Positions 1-11,278 are shown, counted from the first letter of the stretch. The stretch: DNA of 64,000 nucleotides from an uncultured Phycisphaerales bacterium (GCA_964490005.1 CAZBBB010000004.1:888-64887), one strand, 5' to 3'. Program-made: numbers and translations. Notes: generated by a model from the sequence alone, not told the origin.

Positions 1-2547
1 CGCCCCCCGCTCTCGCCCACGACGTCGCGGATGGCGTGCGCCGCGTTGACGAGCAGGTTCAGGAAGACCTGGTTGAGGTCGGTGACCCAGCACTCGACCG
101 CCGGCAGGTCCCCGAAGTCGGTCTCGATGTCGGCCACGTACTTGTACTCGTTGCGCGCCACCGCGAGCGTGGTCGCGATGGCCTTGTTGAGGTCGGCCGA
201 GCGGCAACCCTGGTTGCCGGGGTGGCTGAAGTCCTTCATCGCGCGCACGATCGTCGTCACGCGACCGAGCCCCTCCTGCGTCTCGGAGAGCGCCGTCGGC
301 AGCTCGTCGGCGAGGAACTCGACGTCGACGCCGCTCGCCGCCTGCTCGAGGCGCTCGACCAGCTCGGCCGGCAGGCTGCCGGCGCGCGCCGCCCGGAGGG
401 TCTCGGGCATCAGCCTCAGCAGTTCGGTGACGGGCGCCACCGACTCGCTCACGAAGCGCACGTTGTCGCTCACGAACTGCATCGGCGTGTTGATCTCGTG
501 GGCGATGCCGGCCGCCAGCGTGCCCACGGCCTCGAGCTTCTGCGCGTGGTGCAGCTGCATCTCGAGCATCTGCTTCTCGGTGACGTCGGCGCCGATGATC
601 ACGAAGCCGCGCCCCTCGCCGAGCATCGTCGGGTTGACCGTGATGCTCACGGCGCGCGGGTCGCGCCCCTCGAGGGTGACCGCGAGGTTCTCGAGGCGGC
701 GACGCTCGCCGCGCTCGAGGCACTCCCGCACGGCCTGGGCGACGAGCACGCAGTCCCAGGGCAGCGGCAGCTCCTCGAAGCGGCGGCCGAGCGCCTGTTC
801 GTCGGAGATGCCGAGCAGTTCGGCCGCGACGCTGTTCCACTCCACGACGCGTCCGGCGGGATCGACGCCGACGAGGAAGGCCGAGAGCGAGTCGAGCACG
901 CGGCGCTTCTCGCGCGCCTCGCGCACGAGATTGGCCTCGGTGACGCGCAGGTGGCGCGCCTGCTCCTCGAGCGACTGGTTGGCTTCGCGCACGGAGGCCG
1001 CGTGGCGCTCGACCGAGGCCTTGGCCTCGGCCAGCGAGGTGGCGCGCTGGCGCAGCAGCTCCGACTTGCGGATCACGAACGACAGCGCCACGGCCAGGAA
1101 CAGGCCGAACCACAGGATGAGCGCGTTGCTCGCGTTGCGTGCGCCGCCGATCCAGGTCGAGTCGGCCTCGCCGGTGAGCACCCAGACGCGATTGCCGAAG
1201 GCCAGACGACCCGAGGTGAGCGAGTGCGGATCGACGTTCGCGGTGCGCCGGGGCGCGCTGCCCGTGCCGCGCGAGCGGTAGAAGGTCTGCCCGCCGAGCA
1301 CGGCCATGTCCACGTTGAAGGCGCGGCCGATGCCCTCGCCAAAGATCCAGTCGAACATCTGCTGCGCGTCGAGGACGTAGCCGACGACGGCGCCCGGCCC
1401 GGCCTCGCCTCCCGAGGCGGGCACCGGCACGAACACGCAGATGTCCCCCGCTCGCCCGTAGACGCTGACGGGATCGCTGACCGCGACCTCGCCGTCTCGA
1501 AGCGCCTCGGAGATGGCGTGGCGCAGCTCGGGCCGACTCTCGACCGCCCGCGAGAGCGACTCGTCGGACGCCCCGACCTCCCAGACCGGGCGACCCTCCG
1601 ACGAGAGGACGGAGACGCAACGCAGCCCGGGCAGGTCCGAGACGAGCCGTTCGGCCTCGGCCCGCAGCAGCTCGCCGTGGGCGTCCGCTCGGCGCGCCGC
1701 CACTTCCGCCGCGAAGCGCTCGAGCGTCTTCAGGCGCGACTGCAGCAGCTGGTTGGCGTGCGCCATCGCCGCCTCGTGGCTGCGCGTGGCCGCCAGGCTG
1801 TTCAGGCGCGCGTCGCTCGCGGACAGGCTCGTCCAGAGCGCCACGGAGAGGCCGGCGACTCCCAGGCCGACGACCCAGACCGACCAGTTGGGCAGGAAGG
1901 CCGCCGTCGGCGACTCGCGGTGCCGGAAGGTCAGCAGGAAGAACCCGATTCCCAGCGCCACGAAGCCGAACGCCGCGTGCGACTCCATGGCCGCGATGCG
2001 CGCCCAACCCGTCGACGTGGCCTGGCCGGTGACGAAACCGAGCAGGCCCGTGAAGCCGACGCCGACCATGCACGAGGCCAGCACGATGGAGAGGGCGCGC
2101 CGCGCCGGCGTGCGCACGCCCGGTGCGGCGGCCGTGAGCAGGACCCCGCCCGCCAAGGCGAGACAGAGCGCGGCCCCGGGCGACATCGACAGGGTCAGGG
2201 AGGGCGCCGCTCCGTCTCCGAAGATGCGGCTCACGATGCTCGCGCCGGATCCGGCAAGCTGATCGGCGAGCGACAGACTGCCCAGCCCCGCGGCCACCAC
2301 TCCGCCCCAGAGCGAGACTCGCCGCCAGCCCAGTCCATGGGCGACCAGCGCGATCCCCGTGACGACGAAGCCGATCGCCGTGCCGTACTGCATCGACATG
2401 CGCGACGGATCGGGCACGAGTTCCCGCAGGGCACCCAGCAGCCGGCTCACGAGCAACACCGCCAACGCGAAGGCGACGGCGGCGCCGATGAGCAGGTTGC
2501 GGTGTCCCGAGGATCTCTCCGGGGCGTGGCCGGACGGCTCCAGCATG
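1..2547 (-). CDS. Multi-domain membrane sensor histidine kinase (C-terminus beyond window start)
   Basis: Minus-strand frame is open from ATG near 2547 to the window edge; it is absent from the ORF track only because there is no in-window stop. Own translation shows an N-terminal polytopic TM region (NLLIGAAVAFALAVLLV...), a coiled-coil/PAS-like segment, a HisKA H-box LAAGIAHEINTPMQF (antisense of plus 470-530) and an N-box LLVNAAHAI. The long plus ORF 36..3401 is its antisense shadow. Confidence 0.7.
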
Positions 2548-2699
2548 CGGTCTCCGAGCCGGCGGCCATGCGGACCCGCACCCCCGGCGAGACCTCCTGT
2601 CGGCCGGAGCGCGCCCCGGCCTTCAGCCAAACTCGCGGCGACGGCCGGGGCCGCGGCCCGGACCCGCGGAGCGCGCGGGGCCCCGGGCGGCCGTGCCGC

Positions 2700-3251
2700 T
2701 CAGCTCTTGGGCGGGAGCGGGTGGCGGTCGGTGAGGGTGAAGCTCGGCTTCCAGGCGTCCTTGCCCGCGCCGGCGCGGTTCGACAGATCGAGCCGCAGCC
2801 GCGTCACCTTCATGCGCGTCGTGTTGCCTTCGATGTAGAGCAGGAAGTTGGCGATCTCCTGCCGCGTGAAGTCGTCCTTGCCCTGCGCCGCGCCGTGCAG
2901 CGCCGGCGTGAGCAGGAAGCGCGTGTCCCGGTAGCCCTCCGAGGGGTGGTCCTCGTTGGTGGGCGGCGCGATGTTGAAGCTCGTCTTGCCGATGCGGCTC
3001 TCGACGGCCTGCTTCTCGATGTACGCGAAGTTGCCGAGCTTGCCGCTGGCGATCGTGTCCTCGGCCATCTCGCGCTTGAGTTCGTCGATCTCCATCGCCA
3101 GCTCGCCGATCTCGGCGAGTTGGGCCTCGGCCGTGCCGAGTCCGGCCCGCAGCTCTTCGGCGACGCCGTTCTCCCAGACGATGAAGCCGATGCCGCCGAC
3201 GATCAACACGCCCATGAAGCCCAGGACGGCCTTCTCGAAGTCGAGCGCCAT
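2700..3251 (-). CDS. PilO/GspM-like bitopic membrane protein
   Basis: 183 aa with an N-terminal TM (VLGFMGVLIVGGIGFIVW), a coiled coil (AEAQLAEIGELAMEIDELKREM) and a periplasmic domain. Its start overlaps the stop of the upstream PilM-N-like gene. Confidence 0.5.
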   Translation of the reverse strand: MALDFEKAVLGFMGVLIVGGIGFIVWENGVAEELRAGLGTAEAQLAEIGELAMEIDELKREMAEDTIASGKLGNFAYIEKQAVESRIGKTSFNIAPPTNEDHPSEGYRDTRFLLTPALHGAAQGKDDFTRQEIANFLLYIEGNTTRMKVTRLRLDLSNRAGAGKDAWKPSFTLTDRHPLPPKS

Positions 3252-4837
3252 CAGCCCTCCTCCGCCGGGCCGGCGTCATCGAGCACGAGCTGGACCGAGA
3301 GGTCGGTGAAACGCAGCCCCGAGCTGGTCTGCTTGGTGCCCGCCGAACTGAGGTTGCGGAACATCGGGTGCGCCCTCAGGATCTCCTCGAGGGTCTGGTA
3401 GCGCGCGGCGTCCTCGACCTCGCCGGTCAGCGTGAGCACCTTGTTGCGCGAACCCACGTCGATGTCGAGCCGCTCGAGCGCGAAGCGACCGAGCGCGGCC
3501 TCGTTCTCGCGGATCAGCTCGAACAGCTCGATCCAGACCGCCAGACCCGAGGGCAGCTCGGGGATGGTCTGGCTGCGGCCGAGCTTCTGCGCGATGTCCT
3601 CGCGCAGGTCGCGGACGGCGGTGAGCAGCGCGCGCACCTGCGGCGGACCGCGCTCGCGGCCCCGCCACTTGGCGGCCGCCGCCTCGTCGTCGCCGAGCAG
3701 GGCGGCGAGCTGCTCTCCGCCGTGGCGCGTGATCTGGTCGTACTCGCCGAGCAGCCGGCGCGTGCGCATGAAGGCGTCGAGGCCGAGGAACGCGACCGCC
3801 AGAAACAGCAGGAACGAGAACACGATCAGGGGCGTCTTGACCTGATCGAAGCGCCGCGTGTACGCGGCCTCCTCGCGCCGGAAGTCGGTCCGCAGCGCAT
3901 CGACGCCGTTGAGCTTGAAGGCCAGCCCGATCGCGACGCCCAGGTCGGGGCCCAGGCGCGCGGCCTCGTCCTCGTCGAGCTTGTGGTCGACGTGTTCGAG
4001 CAGGTCGAGGCGCTCGACCGGCGCGCCGAAAATCTCGCCGAGCGCCTCGGACAGCCCCGGGAGCGAGCCGCCGCCGCCCGTGAGCCGCACGAGTTCGACC
4101 TGTCCCAGATCGGGCAGGTTGGTGAGCGTGCGGCGGATCTCGCGCGACAGCCGCTGCAGGTACTCGTGCTGCCGCGCCGCGGCGAGCTCGTCCTGCGGAC
4201 CGCCGCCGAGGCCGTGGCTGCCGATGCGCACCGACCGCAGGCCGTGCAGCCGGCCGTCGACGAGGAACAGCAGGTCGGTGGCGTGGTCCTGCGCGTTGAC
4301 GACGACGCAGCGCGCGGGCGTGGCGGCCAACCCCGTGGCGACGAGCGCGTTGTAGAGCGCGAAACCGTCGATCTCGACGAGCATCGGGTCGAAGCCGCTC
4401 TCGTCGAGGACGTCGAGCCGGTCGAGCAACTCCTCCTTCTTGACGGCCACGGCCAGGACGTGGCTCTTGTCGCGCGAACGACGCAGCACGGTGTGCTGCA
4501 CGACGTACTCGTCGAGGTCGCCCGGAAAATGGGGCTCGGCCTCGAAGCGCACGACCTTGTCGATCTGCTCGTCGCTCGTGAAGGGCAGGTCGAACTCGCG
4601 GAACAGCGCGCTGCCCGCGTCGATGCTCATCGCGGAGGGGTCGAGCGCCACGCCGGCCGCCTTGGTCGCCTCGGCGATCGCCGCGGCGCGCACGTCGTCG
4701 GGATCCTGGTCCTCGGCGGTGGCCACGTCGAGCGAGACCTCCTCGACGGCGAGCACGCGCACCTTGCGCCCCGAGCCGTCGAACTCGATCAGGCGGAGCC
4801 GGTGGCCCCCGTACTCGATCGCGGTCTGCGCGGCCAT
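3251..4837 (-). CDS. PilM-PilN fusion / GspL-like protein
   Basis: 528 aa. The N-terminal 330 aa match the PilM actin-like fold pattern (FREFDLPFTSDEQIDKVVRFEAEPHFPGDLDEYVVQHTVL; VLAVAVKKEELLDRLDVLDESGFDPMLVEIDGFALYNAL). It then has one TM (TPLIVFSFLLFLAVAFLGL) and a periplasmic C-terminal domain. Confidence 0.6.
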   Translation of the reverse strand: MAAQTAIEYGGHRLRLIEFDGSGRKVRVLAVEEVSLDVATAEDQDPDDVRAAAIAEATKAAGVALDPSAMSIDAGSALFREFDLPFTSDEQIDKVVRFEAEPHFPGDLDEYVVQHTVLRRSRDKSHVLAVAVKKEELLDRLDVLDESGFDPMLVEIDGFALYNALVATGLAATPARCVVVNAQDHATDLLFLVDGRLHGLRSVRIGSHGLGGGPQDELAAARQHEYLQRLSREIRRTLTNLPDLGQVELVRLTGGGGSLPGLSEALGEIFGAPVERLDLLEHVDHKLDEDEAARLGPDLGVAIGLAFKLNGVDALRTDFRREEAAYTRRFDQVKTPLIVFSFLLFLAVAFLGLDAFMRTRRLLGEYDQITRHGGEQLAALLGDDEAAAAKWRGRERGPPQVRALLTAVRDLREDIAQKLGRSQTIPELPSGLAVWIELFELIRENEAALGRFALERLDIDVGSRNKVLTLTGEVEDAARYQTLEEILRAHPMFRNLSSAGTKQTSSGLRFTDLSVQLVLDDAGPAEEG

Positions 4838-4900
4838 GCTCTCAGTCGCTCCGGGCCGCTCCCGCGGCGGCGGCGACCATACGTCGGCGTCGGCGGGACA

Positions 4901-5260
4901 TCAACGTCGCTCCGGCGTCGCTTCCGGCAGACCCCGCGAGAGCTCGACGTAGCGCGCCCGCTGGTCCGCGTCGAGGCACGCCAGCAGCTCCTGCTCGGTG
5001 CGCCGCCGGCGTTCGGCGACGCGATCGGCGAGTCCGGCCAGGCTGTCGGCGAGCCAGGCGTCGAGGTCGCGGTCCTCCGCGGTGAGCAGCGCGTCGATCG
5101 CCGCGACCTGGTCGGCGCGCAGGTCGAGAATGTCCGCCAGCTGCGTGAGGTACGAAGGCGGCGGCTCGGGTTCCGCCGGGAAGCGCCGCCCGAGGAGCAG
5201 GCCGCTCGCGAGCGCGAGCGCCATGCCCGCCGCCAGCCAGAGCCCGCCCGCGGTCCTCAT
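4901..5260 (-). CDS. Periplasmic LTXXQ-motif (Spy/CpxP/CnrX-like) protein
   Basis: 119 aa from an internal Met of ORF 4901..5701. Has a signal peptide MRTAGGLWLAAGMALALASG, then LTQLADILDLRADQVAAIDALL and a second helical repeat. Its start is ATGA-coupled to the upstream anti-sigma stop (5257-5260). Confidence 0.45.
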   Translation of the reverse strand: MRTAGGLWLAAGMALALASGLLLGRRFPAEPEPPPSYLTQLADILDLRADQVAAIDALLTAEDRDLDAWLADSLAGLADRVAERRRRTEQELLACLDADQRARYVELSRGLPEATPERR

Positions 5261-5745
5261 CGCGGGTCCGTCCCCGCGGCGCCGAAACCCGGATCGAGCA
5301 GACGCGCGCGCAGCCCCTCGATCACGGCGTCGGGCGCGAAGGGATGCGCGCGGAAGGCGTCGACGGCGTGGCGCCCGCGCTCGCGCGCCGACCCGGCCTG
5401 CAGAGCGGCGGGCCGGATCGCGTCGAGCGCCAGCGTGACGGCGAGCACGAGGCCCGCGGCGATCGCCAGCCGGCGCGCGAGCGTCGGCACGTCCGCGGAC
5501 CGCGCGCGCCGCGCGGCGAGCACGCGCTCGGTGAAGCCGGCGCGCGCGCGCAGCGGCGGCGCCTCCGCCAGCAGCGCGCGCCGCGCACGGAAGCCTTCCG
5601 CCGTCCGTCGCAGGTCGGGACGCGCGGCCAGCATGGTGCCGCAATACAGCAGCACCTGGGCGGCGATCGGACGCCCGTCGAGGCGCAGCGACTCCACCCA
5701 CAGGCAGGTCGTGTCGTCGGGCGGGATGTCGGCCTCAGCGCTCAC
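5257..5745 (-). CDS. Membrane anti-sigma factor (putative)
   Basis: 162 aa with one TM (LAIAAGLVLAVTLAL). Overlaps the ECF sigma stop by 4 nt (5742-5745). Its position matches an anti-sigma gene. Confidence 0.5.
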   Translation of the reverse strand: MSAEADIPPDDTTCLWVESLRLDGRPIAAQVLLYCGTMLAARPDLRRTAEGFRARRALLAEAPPLRARAGFTERVLAARRARSADVPTLARRLAIAAGLVLAVTLALDAIRPAALQAGSARERGRHAVDAFRAHPFAPDAVIEGLRARLLDPGFGAAGTDPR

Positions 5746-6302
5746 GGTTCGACGTCTCCGAGCAGGTCGCGCAGCTTGCAGCGCGCCCGGAAGATGCGCG
5801 ACTCGACGGTGCCGATCGAGACGCGCAGCAGCGTCGCGATCTCCTCGTACGTATGACCCTGCAGTTCGCGCAGGACGAGCGTCGTGCGGAACGGCTCGGG
5901 CAGGCGCTCGAGCGCCGAATGCACCGCGGCCGCGCGCTCGCTGCGCGCGAGCCGCGCGTCGGGCGGCTCGCCGCCGTCGTCCACGGCGTCGACGATGGGA
6001 CCCTCGGGGCCATCGATCGACACGACCGGCCGCCGCCGACGATGGGCGCGGAAGTCGTGGGCGACGTTGACGGCGATGCGGTAGAGCCAGGTGAACAGCG
6101 CCGAGCCGCCCTCGAAGCGATCGAGGGCCGCGAAGGCCTTGAGGAAGGCTTCCTGGGCGAGGTCCTCGGCGTCGGCGGGCGAACCCGAGACGCGCGCCAC
6201 GAGCGTGATGATGCGGTCGCGGTGGGCGTCGACGAACTCACGGCAGGCGGCCTCCTCGCCGGCGCGCATGCGCGCCACGAGGGAGGCGTCAGCGTCCCTC
6301 AT
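5742..6302 (-). CDS. ECF-type RNA polymerase sigma factor
   Basis: 186 aa. Region 2 is DLAQEAFLKAFAALDRFEGGSALFTWLYRIAVNVAHD; region 4 is TYEEIATLLRVSIGTVESRIFRARCKL. Confidence 0.85.
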   Translation of the reverse strand: MRDADASLVARMRAGEEAACREFVDAHRDRIITLVARVSGSPADAEDLAQEAFLKAFAALDRFEGGSALFTWLYRIAVNVAHDFRAHRRRRPVVSIDGPEGPIVDAVDDGGEPPDARLARSERAAAVHSALERLPEPFRTTLVLRELQGHTYEEIATLLRVSIGTVESRIFRARCKLRDLLGDVEP

Positions 6303-6348
6303 GCAGATCTCCGCGCCGGTCTGCCCCTCCGACGAGCCGCCGCGACGA

Positions 6349-7653
6349 CTATTCCCGCTCCGGCGGCGGCCCGGGGGCCTCCCCGGCCCGGGGGCCGCGG
6401 GGCGGGACGACGGGCAGGTCGAGTTCGTGGCCGAGCTTGTCGCGCTTGGCGTGCAGGTAGGCGGAGTTGTGCTCGTCGGCCGCGACCTGCAGCGGAACGC
6501 GCTCGGCGATGGCCAGGCCGTAGCCGCTCATGGCGTGGTACTTGCTCGGGTTGTTGGTCAGCAGCCGCAGCCGGCGCACGCCCAGGTCGCGCAGGATCTG
6601 CGCGCCGACGCCGTAGTCGCGCACGTCGACGGGCAGGCCGAGGGCCTTGTTGGCTTCGACCGTGTCGAGCCCCTCGGTCTGCTGCAGGTGATAGGCCTTG
6701 AGCTTGTTCGCCAGCCCGATGCCGCGGCCCTCCTGCTGGCGCATGTAAAGCACGACGCCCTCGCCCTCGTCGGCGACGCGCTGCATCGCTTGAGCGAGCT
6801 GCGCGCCGCAGTCGCAGCGCAGCGACGCGAGCACGTCGCCGGTCAGGCACTCGCTGTGCACGCGCACGAGGACGGGCCGCTGCAGGCCGTCCTGCAGCCC
6901 GGGGCGCGGTTCTCCGACGGTGAGGGCCACGTGCTCGCTCTGGTCGACGACGGAGCGGTACAGGTGCGCGCGAAACCGGCCATGGCGCGTCGGCAGATCG
7001 ATCGAGACCAGCCGCTCGACGAGCTGCTCGGTGCGCCGCCGGTGCTTGATGATGTCCGCCACCGTCGCGATGCGCAGCCGGTGCGTCGCGGCGAAGCGAA
7101 CCAGGTCGGGCATGCGCGCCATCGTGCCGTCGTCGTTCATGATCTCGCAGATCACGGCGATCGGGCGGCAACCTGCGAGGCGCGCGAGGTCGACGGCGCC
7201 CTCGGTCTGTCCGGCGCGGCGCAGCACGCCGCCGGGCATGGCGCGCAGCGGGAAGACGTGGCCGGGACGCACGAGGTCGGCCGGCGTGCAGGCCGGGTCG
7301 GCCGCCACCAGGATGGTGCGCGCCCGGTCGCCGGCCGAGATTCCCGTGGTGACGCCCGTCGCCGCCTCGATCGAAACCGTGAAGGCCGTGCCGAGGCGCG
7401 AGGTGTTGCGCTCGACCTGCAACGGCAGCTCGAGCCGGTCGGCGATGGCCTTCTCCATCGGCAGGCAGATCAGCCCGCGCGCGTACCGCGCCATGAAGTT
7501 GACCATCGCCGGGGTGATCGTCTCCGCAAGGCAGACGAGGTCGCCTTCGTTCTCGCGGTCCTCGTCGTCGACGAGGATGATCATGCGCCCGGCGCGCAGG
7601 TCCTCGAGCACCTCGGGGATCGACGCGCAGGCCGGCGTGCGATCCTCGCTCAT
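6349..7653 (-). CDS. ribBA: Bifunctional 3,4-dihydroxy-2-butanone-4-phosphate synthase / GTP cyclohydrolase II
   Basis: 434 aa. DHBP synthase N-terminus ([12 protein letters not shown]) and GTP cyclohydrolase II C-terminus ([20 protein letters not shown]). Confidence 0.9.
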   Translation of the reverse strand: MSEDRTPACASIPEVLEDLRAGRMIILVDDEDRENEGDLVCLAETITPAMVNFMARYARGLICLPMEKAIADRLELPLQVERNTSRLGTAFTVSIEAATGVTTGISAGDRARTILVAADPACTPADLVRPGHVFPLRAMPGGVLRRAGQTEGAVDLARLAGCRPIAVICEIMNDDGTMARMPDLVRFAATHRLRIATVADIIKHRRRTEQLVERLVSIDLPTRHGRFRAHLYRSVVDQSEHVALTVGEPRPGLQDGLQRPVLVRVHSECLTGDVLASLRCDCGAQLAQAMQRVADEGEGVVLYMRQQEGRGIGLANKLKAYHLQQTEGLDTVEANKALGLPVDVRDYGVGAQILRDLGVRRLRLLTNNPSKYHAMSGYGLAIAERVPLQVAADEHNSAYLHAKRDKLGHELDLPVVPPRGPRAGEAPGPPPERE

Positions 7654-10172
7654 GACGAAAGGCCGTCCGGGGCCGGCGGCGGAGCGTCGGGGTCGGCGTG
7701 CGGCTCGGCCGCGCCCTCGGCGGGCGTCGTGGCGCCGGCCTCGTCCCCGTCGACCTCGGGACTGACGCGCGCCGCCGACGCCACCGCGTCACCTTCCTGC
7801 AGCGTGATCAGCCTCACGCCCTGCGTCGCTCGGCCGATGCAGCCGACTTCGGCCGCCGGCGTGCGCACGACCTGCCCGCCCGTCGTGATGTAGATCACGT
7901 CGTCCCCGTCGCCCACGGCCCGCAGCGTGACGACCGGTCCGTTGCGCTCGGTCGTGCGGATGTTGATGACGCCCTGGCCGCCGCGCCCCTGCAGCGGGTA
8001 GTCGTCGTAGGCGGTGCGCTTGCCGTAGCCGTTGCGGCACACGGTGAGCAGCGTGCAGCCCGGGCGCACGAGCGCCATGCCGCAGACCCGGTCGCCCTCC
8101 TTCAGCCGGATGCCGCGCACGCCGGTCGCGGGGCGCCCCATGGCGCGGACATCCTTCGCGGCGAAGCGGATCGACTTGCCCTGCTCCGTGCCGAGGATGA
8201 TGTGGTCGTCGTCCTCGCACACGGCGACGTCGATGAGTCGGTCGCCCTCCGAGAGGCCGAGCGCGATGATGCCGCCCGCCTTGGGCCGGCTGTAGTCGGA
8301 AAGGCTCGTGCGCTTGGTCGTGCCCTGCGCCGTGGCGAAGATCAGCGCCCCCACGGAGAAATCGCGCACGGGGATGACGGCCTGGATGGTCTCCTCGGCC
8401 GGGAAGCCCGGGATCAGGTTGACGGCCGCGCGCCCCATCGCCGTGCGCGACAGTTCGGGGAGCCGCCAGACCTTGAGCCAGTGGACCTTTCCGCTCGCCG
8501 TGAAGAACAGCAGCGAGTCCTTGTTGTTGGCGAGGAACAGCCGCTCGATGAAGTCGCCCTCGCGCGACTCGCCGCCGCGGATCCCCGAGCCGCCGCGGCG
8601 CTGGCTGCGGTACGAGTCGAGGGTCATGCGCTTGAGGTAGCCCTGGTTGCTGATCGTGACGGCCACGGTGTCGTCGGGCACGAGGTCCTCGTCCTCGAGT
8701 CCGTCGACCGGCTCGCCGATCTCGGTGCGACGCGGCGAGGGGTAGGCCAGCGCGAGCTTGTCGAGCTCCTCGACGATGATCGCGTCGATCTGCTTCGGGT
8801 CGGCGAGGATGCCCTCGAGGCGCGCGATCTCGGCCACGAGCGCGCGCCACTCGGCCTCGAGCTTCTCGACCTCGAGGCCCGTCAGCGCGCGCAACCGCAT
8901 GTTGACGATGGCCTCGGCCTGCTTCTCGGACAGCTCGAAGCGCGCGCACAGCTCGGCGATCGCGGCGGCGGCGTTCTCGGCCGCGCGGATCGCGGCGATG
9001 ACTTCGTCGATGTGCGCGACCGCGATGCGCAGGCCTTCGACGATGTGCAGGCGCGCCTTCGCCACGCCGAGCAGGAAGCGCGTGCGGCGGCGGATGACCA
9101 CGCGGCGGTGTTCGAGGAACTCGCGCATCAGCCCGGCGAGCGAAAGCGTGCGCGGCCGGTTGTTCACGAGCGCGATGTTGATGACCGAGACCGTCACCTG
9201 CAGTTGCGTGAACTTGAACAGGTGGTTGAGCGTGACCTGCGGGTCCTCGCCCTTCTTGAGCTCGATCACGATCTCCATGCCGTCGCGATCGGAGTGGTCG
9301 TTGATGTCGTGGATGGACGCGAGGCGCCCGTCCTTGACCAGCTGCGCGATGGCTTCGATCAGGCTGGCCTTGTTCACCTGGTAGGGGATCTCGGTCACGA
9401 CGATGCGCGCGCGCCGGCCCTTCTCCTCGGGGACGCACTCGACCTTGGCCCGCAACAGCGTCGTGCCGCGCCCCGTCTCGTAGGCGTGCCGCACGCCCGA
9501 CTGGCCGCAGAGGATGCCCCCCGTCGGGAAATCGGGGCCAGGCACGAGGGCCATGAGTTCCTCGAGGCTGGCGTCGGGGCGGGCGATGAGCAGCTTGAGG
9601 GCCGCGAAGATCTCGCCCGGATTGTGCGGCGGCATCGAGGTCGCCATCCCGACGGCGATGCCGTTGCTGCCGTTGACCAGCAGATTGGGGAAGGCCGAGG
9701 GCAGGACGACCGGCTCGGTGCGGCTGCCGTCGTAGTTCGGGACGAAGTCGACCGTTTCCTTGTCGAGGTCGTCGAGCATGAAGGCGGCGGCGGCCGTCAT
9801 GCGGGCCTCGGTGTAGCGCATGGCCGCCGGCGGGTCGCCGTCGACGCTGCCGAAGTTGCCCTGCCCGTCGACCAGCGGGACCCGCAGGCTGAACTCCTGG
9901 GCCAACCGGACGAGGGTCGGATACACGACGCTCTCGCCGTGCGGGTGGTAGTTGCCCGACGTGTCGCCGGCGATCTTGGCGCACTTCTTGAACTTGGCCC
10001 GCGGACCGAGATTGAGGTCGTTCATCGCGACCAGCACGCGGCGCTGGCTGGGCTTGAGTCCGTCGCGCACGTCGGGCAGGGCCCGCGCGACGATGACGCT
10101 CATCGCGTAGGACAGGTAGCTGTCCTTCATCTCCTTCTCGATGAGGACGGGCGCGTCGCGAGAGTCAGCCAT
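7650..10172 (-). CDS. gyrA: DNA gyrase subunit A
   Basis: 840 aa. [11 protein letters not shown], active-site region [10 protein letters not shown], and a C-terminal beta-pinwheel repeat region. Its stop overlaps the ribBA start by 4 nt. Confidence 0.95.
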   Translation of the reverse strand: MADSRDAPVLIEKEMKDSYLSYAMSVIVARALPDVRDGLKPSQRRVLVAMNDLNLGPRAKFKKCAKIAGDTSGNYHPHGESVVYPTLVRLAQEFSLRVPLVDGQGNFGSVDGDPPAAMRYTEARMTAAAAFMLDDLDKETVDFVPNYDGSRTEPVVLPSAFPNLLVNGSNGIAVGMATSMPPHNPGEIFAALKLLIARPDASLEELMALVPGPDFPTGGILCGQSGVRHAYETGRGTTLLRAKVECVPEEKGRRARIVVTEIPYQVNKASLIEAIAQLVKDGRLASIHDINDHSDRDGMEIVIELKKGEDPQVTLNHLFKFTQLQVTVSVINIALVNNRPRTLSLAGLMREFLEHRRVVIRRRTRFLLGVAKARLHIVEGLRIAVAHIDEVIAAIRAAENAAAAIAELCARFELSEKQAEAIVNMRLRALTGLEVEKLEAEWRALVAEIARLEGILADPKQIDAIIVEELDKLALAYPSPRRTEIGEPVDGLEDEDLVPDDTVAVTISNQGYLKRMTLDSYRSQRRGGSGIRGGESREGDFIERLFLANNKDSLLFFTASGKVHWLKVWRLPELSRTAMGRAAVNLIPGFPAEETIQAVIPVRDFSVGALIFATAQGTTKRTSLSDYSRPKAGGIIALGLSEGDRLIDVAVCEDDDHIILGTEQGKSIRFAAKDVRAMGRPATGVRGIRLKEGDRVCGMALVRPGCTLLTVCRNGYGKRTAYDDYPLQGRGGQGVINIRTTERNGPVVTLRAVGDGDDVIYITTGGQVVRTPAAEVGCIGRATQGVRLITLQEGDAVASAARVSPEVDGDEAGATTPAEGAAEPHADPDAPPPAPDGLSS

Positions 10173-10390
10173 GGGGCGGTCCGCCGGGTCGGTGCGGGAA
10201 GCCGGGAAGGCGTTCGATCCGGCGCCCCGGCAAGCCTGTTATGATCGCCTCTCCGGCCGCGGATTACAACGGCTGGAGCGCCGTCTAAGATGCTGGCACG
10301 ACGGGACTTAACACCGATCGTCGCCGGCGCCCCACGACCGCGATCCCGTTCCGCTCCCACGCGTTCGCCCACGCCCCGCCCCCCCACTCC

Positions 10391-11278
10391 ATGCACGCCG
10401 ACGAGAAGGACCTGCTCGAACGCATCTTCGCGGCCGAGCCCGGGGCGTTCGAAGAACTCCTGGCGCGCTATCGCGCGCTGATCTACTCGGTGTTCGTCAG
10501 CCCGGGCTTCGACTTCCCGCGCGACATGCTCGACGACCTGTTCCAGTCCTTCGTCGTCGCCCTCTCGCGCAAGGACTACCACAAGCTGCGCGCCTTCGAG
10601 GGCCGCAACGCCTGCTCGCTCGCCACCTTCCTGCAGGTCGTCGCGACGCGCTTCGCCCTCGACGAGCGTCGCCGCCTGCGCCGGCAGCCGCGGGCCCGCG
10701 GCACGGCCGACCGCGGCGACGACGAGCCGAACTACGAGATCGAGGACGAAGCGGCCGCGCCCCCCGACAGCGCATCGCTCGAGAAGGAACGCGCCGACGC
10801 GTTCCACAACCTGCTGTTCTCGCTCGACTGGAAGCGGATCTCGGCCGTGCTCTGGGTCTTCCGGGACATCTCGCGCGAGCGCATCGCCGAGGTCATGTCC
10901 ACGTCGCGCGCGAACATCGACGCGCTCTACAAGCGCGCCAAGGACCAGATGGCGCGCCTGTACGCGGACGGCGCCTACTCGCGAGCCGAGCGCCGCCCGC
11001 ACGCCGACGTGCTGACCCCCGCCGTGGCCGAGGCGCTGCGCCGCCTCGTGCGCACGCCCACGCCGCTGCTGCTCGAGGCACTGCTTCAGCCCGGGGCCAA
11101 GCGCCGAGCCCTGCTCGGCCTGGTCCTGATCGATTATCCGCAGTATCTGTGCACCTTGGGCGAACTGGCCAAGCTCACCAAGGAACGGCCCGCAAACGTC
11201 GAATCCGAGTGCCTTTCGGTCCTCGAGGGCGTGGCGCTCACGCTCCAGGAAACCCCCATGCAGGAGGCGGGAGGGTGA
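10391..11278 (+). CDS. ECF-like sigma-70 family sigma factor with C-terminal extension
   Basis: 295 aa. Region 2 is DMLDDLFQSFVVALSRKDYHKL; region 4 is ISAVLWVFRDISRERIAEVMSTSRANIDALYKRA. An extra ~95-aa C-terminal part follows. Confidence 0.65.
   Translation: MHADEKDLLERIFAAEPGAFEELLARYRALIYSVFVSPGFDFPRDMLDDLFQSFVVALSRKDYHKLRAFEGRNACSLATFLQVVATRFALDERRRLRRQPRARGTADRGDDEPNYEIEDEAAAPPDSASLEKERADAFHNLLFSLDWKRISAVLWVFRDISRERIAEVMSTSRANIDALYKRAKDQMARLYADGAYSRAERRPHADVLTPAVAEALRRLVRTPTPLLLEALLQPGAKRRALLGLVLIDYPQYLCTLGELAKLTKERPANVESECLSVLEGVALTLQETPMQEAGG

Noticed and set aside
31-3401. Plus-strand ORFs 31..1281 (416 aa) and 36..3401 (1121 aa)
   Set aside because: Their composition is S/T/R- or R/E/D/G/H-rich antisense-type, with no motifs. 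They are the shadow of minus-strand genes that do carry domain motifs: the histidine kinase (H-box and N-box verified on the minus strand), the PilO-like gene and the PilMN-like gene.
6299-9984. Minus-strand ORFs 6299..7792 (497 aa) and 7789..9984 (731 aa)
   Set aside because: They are extremely Arg/Gly/Pro-rich low-complexity translations in alternate frames of ribBA and gyrA, whose own frames carry unambiguous conserved motifs.
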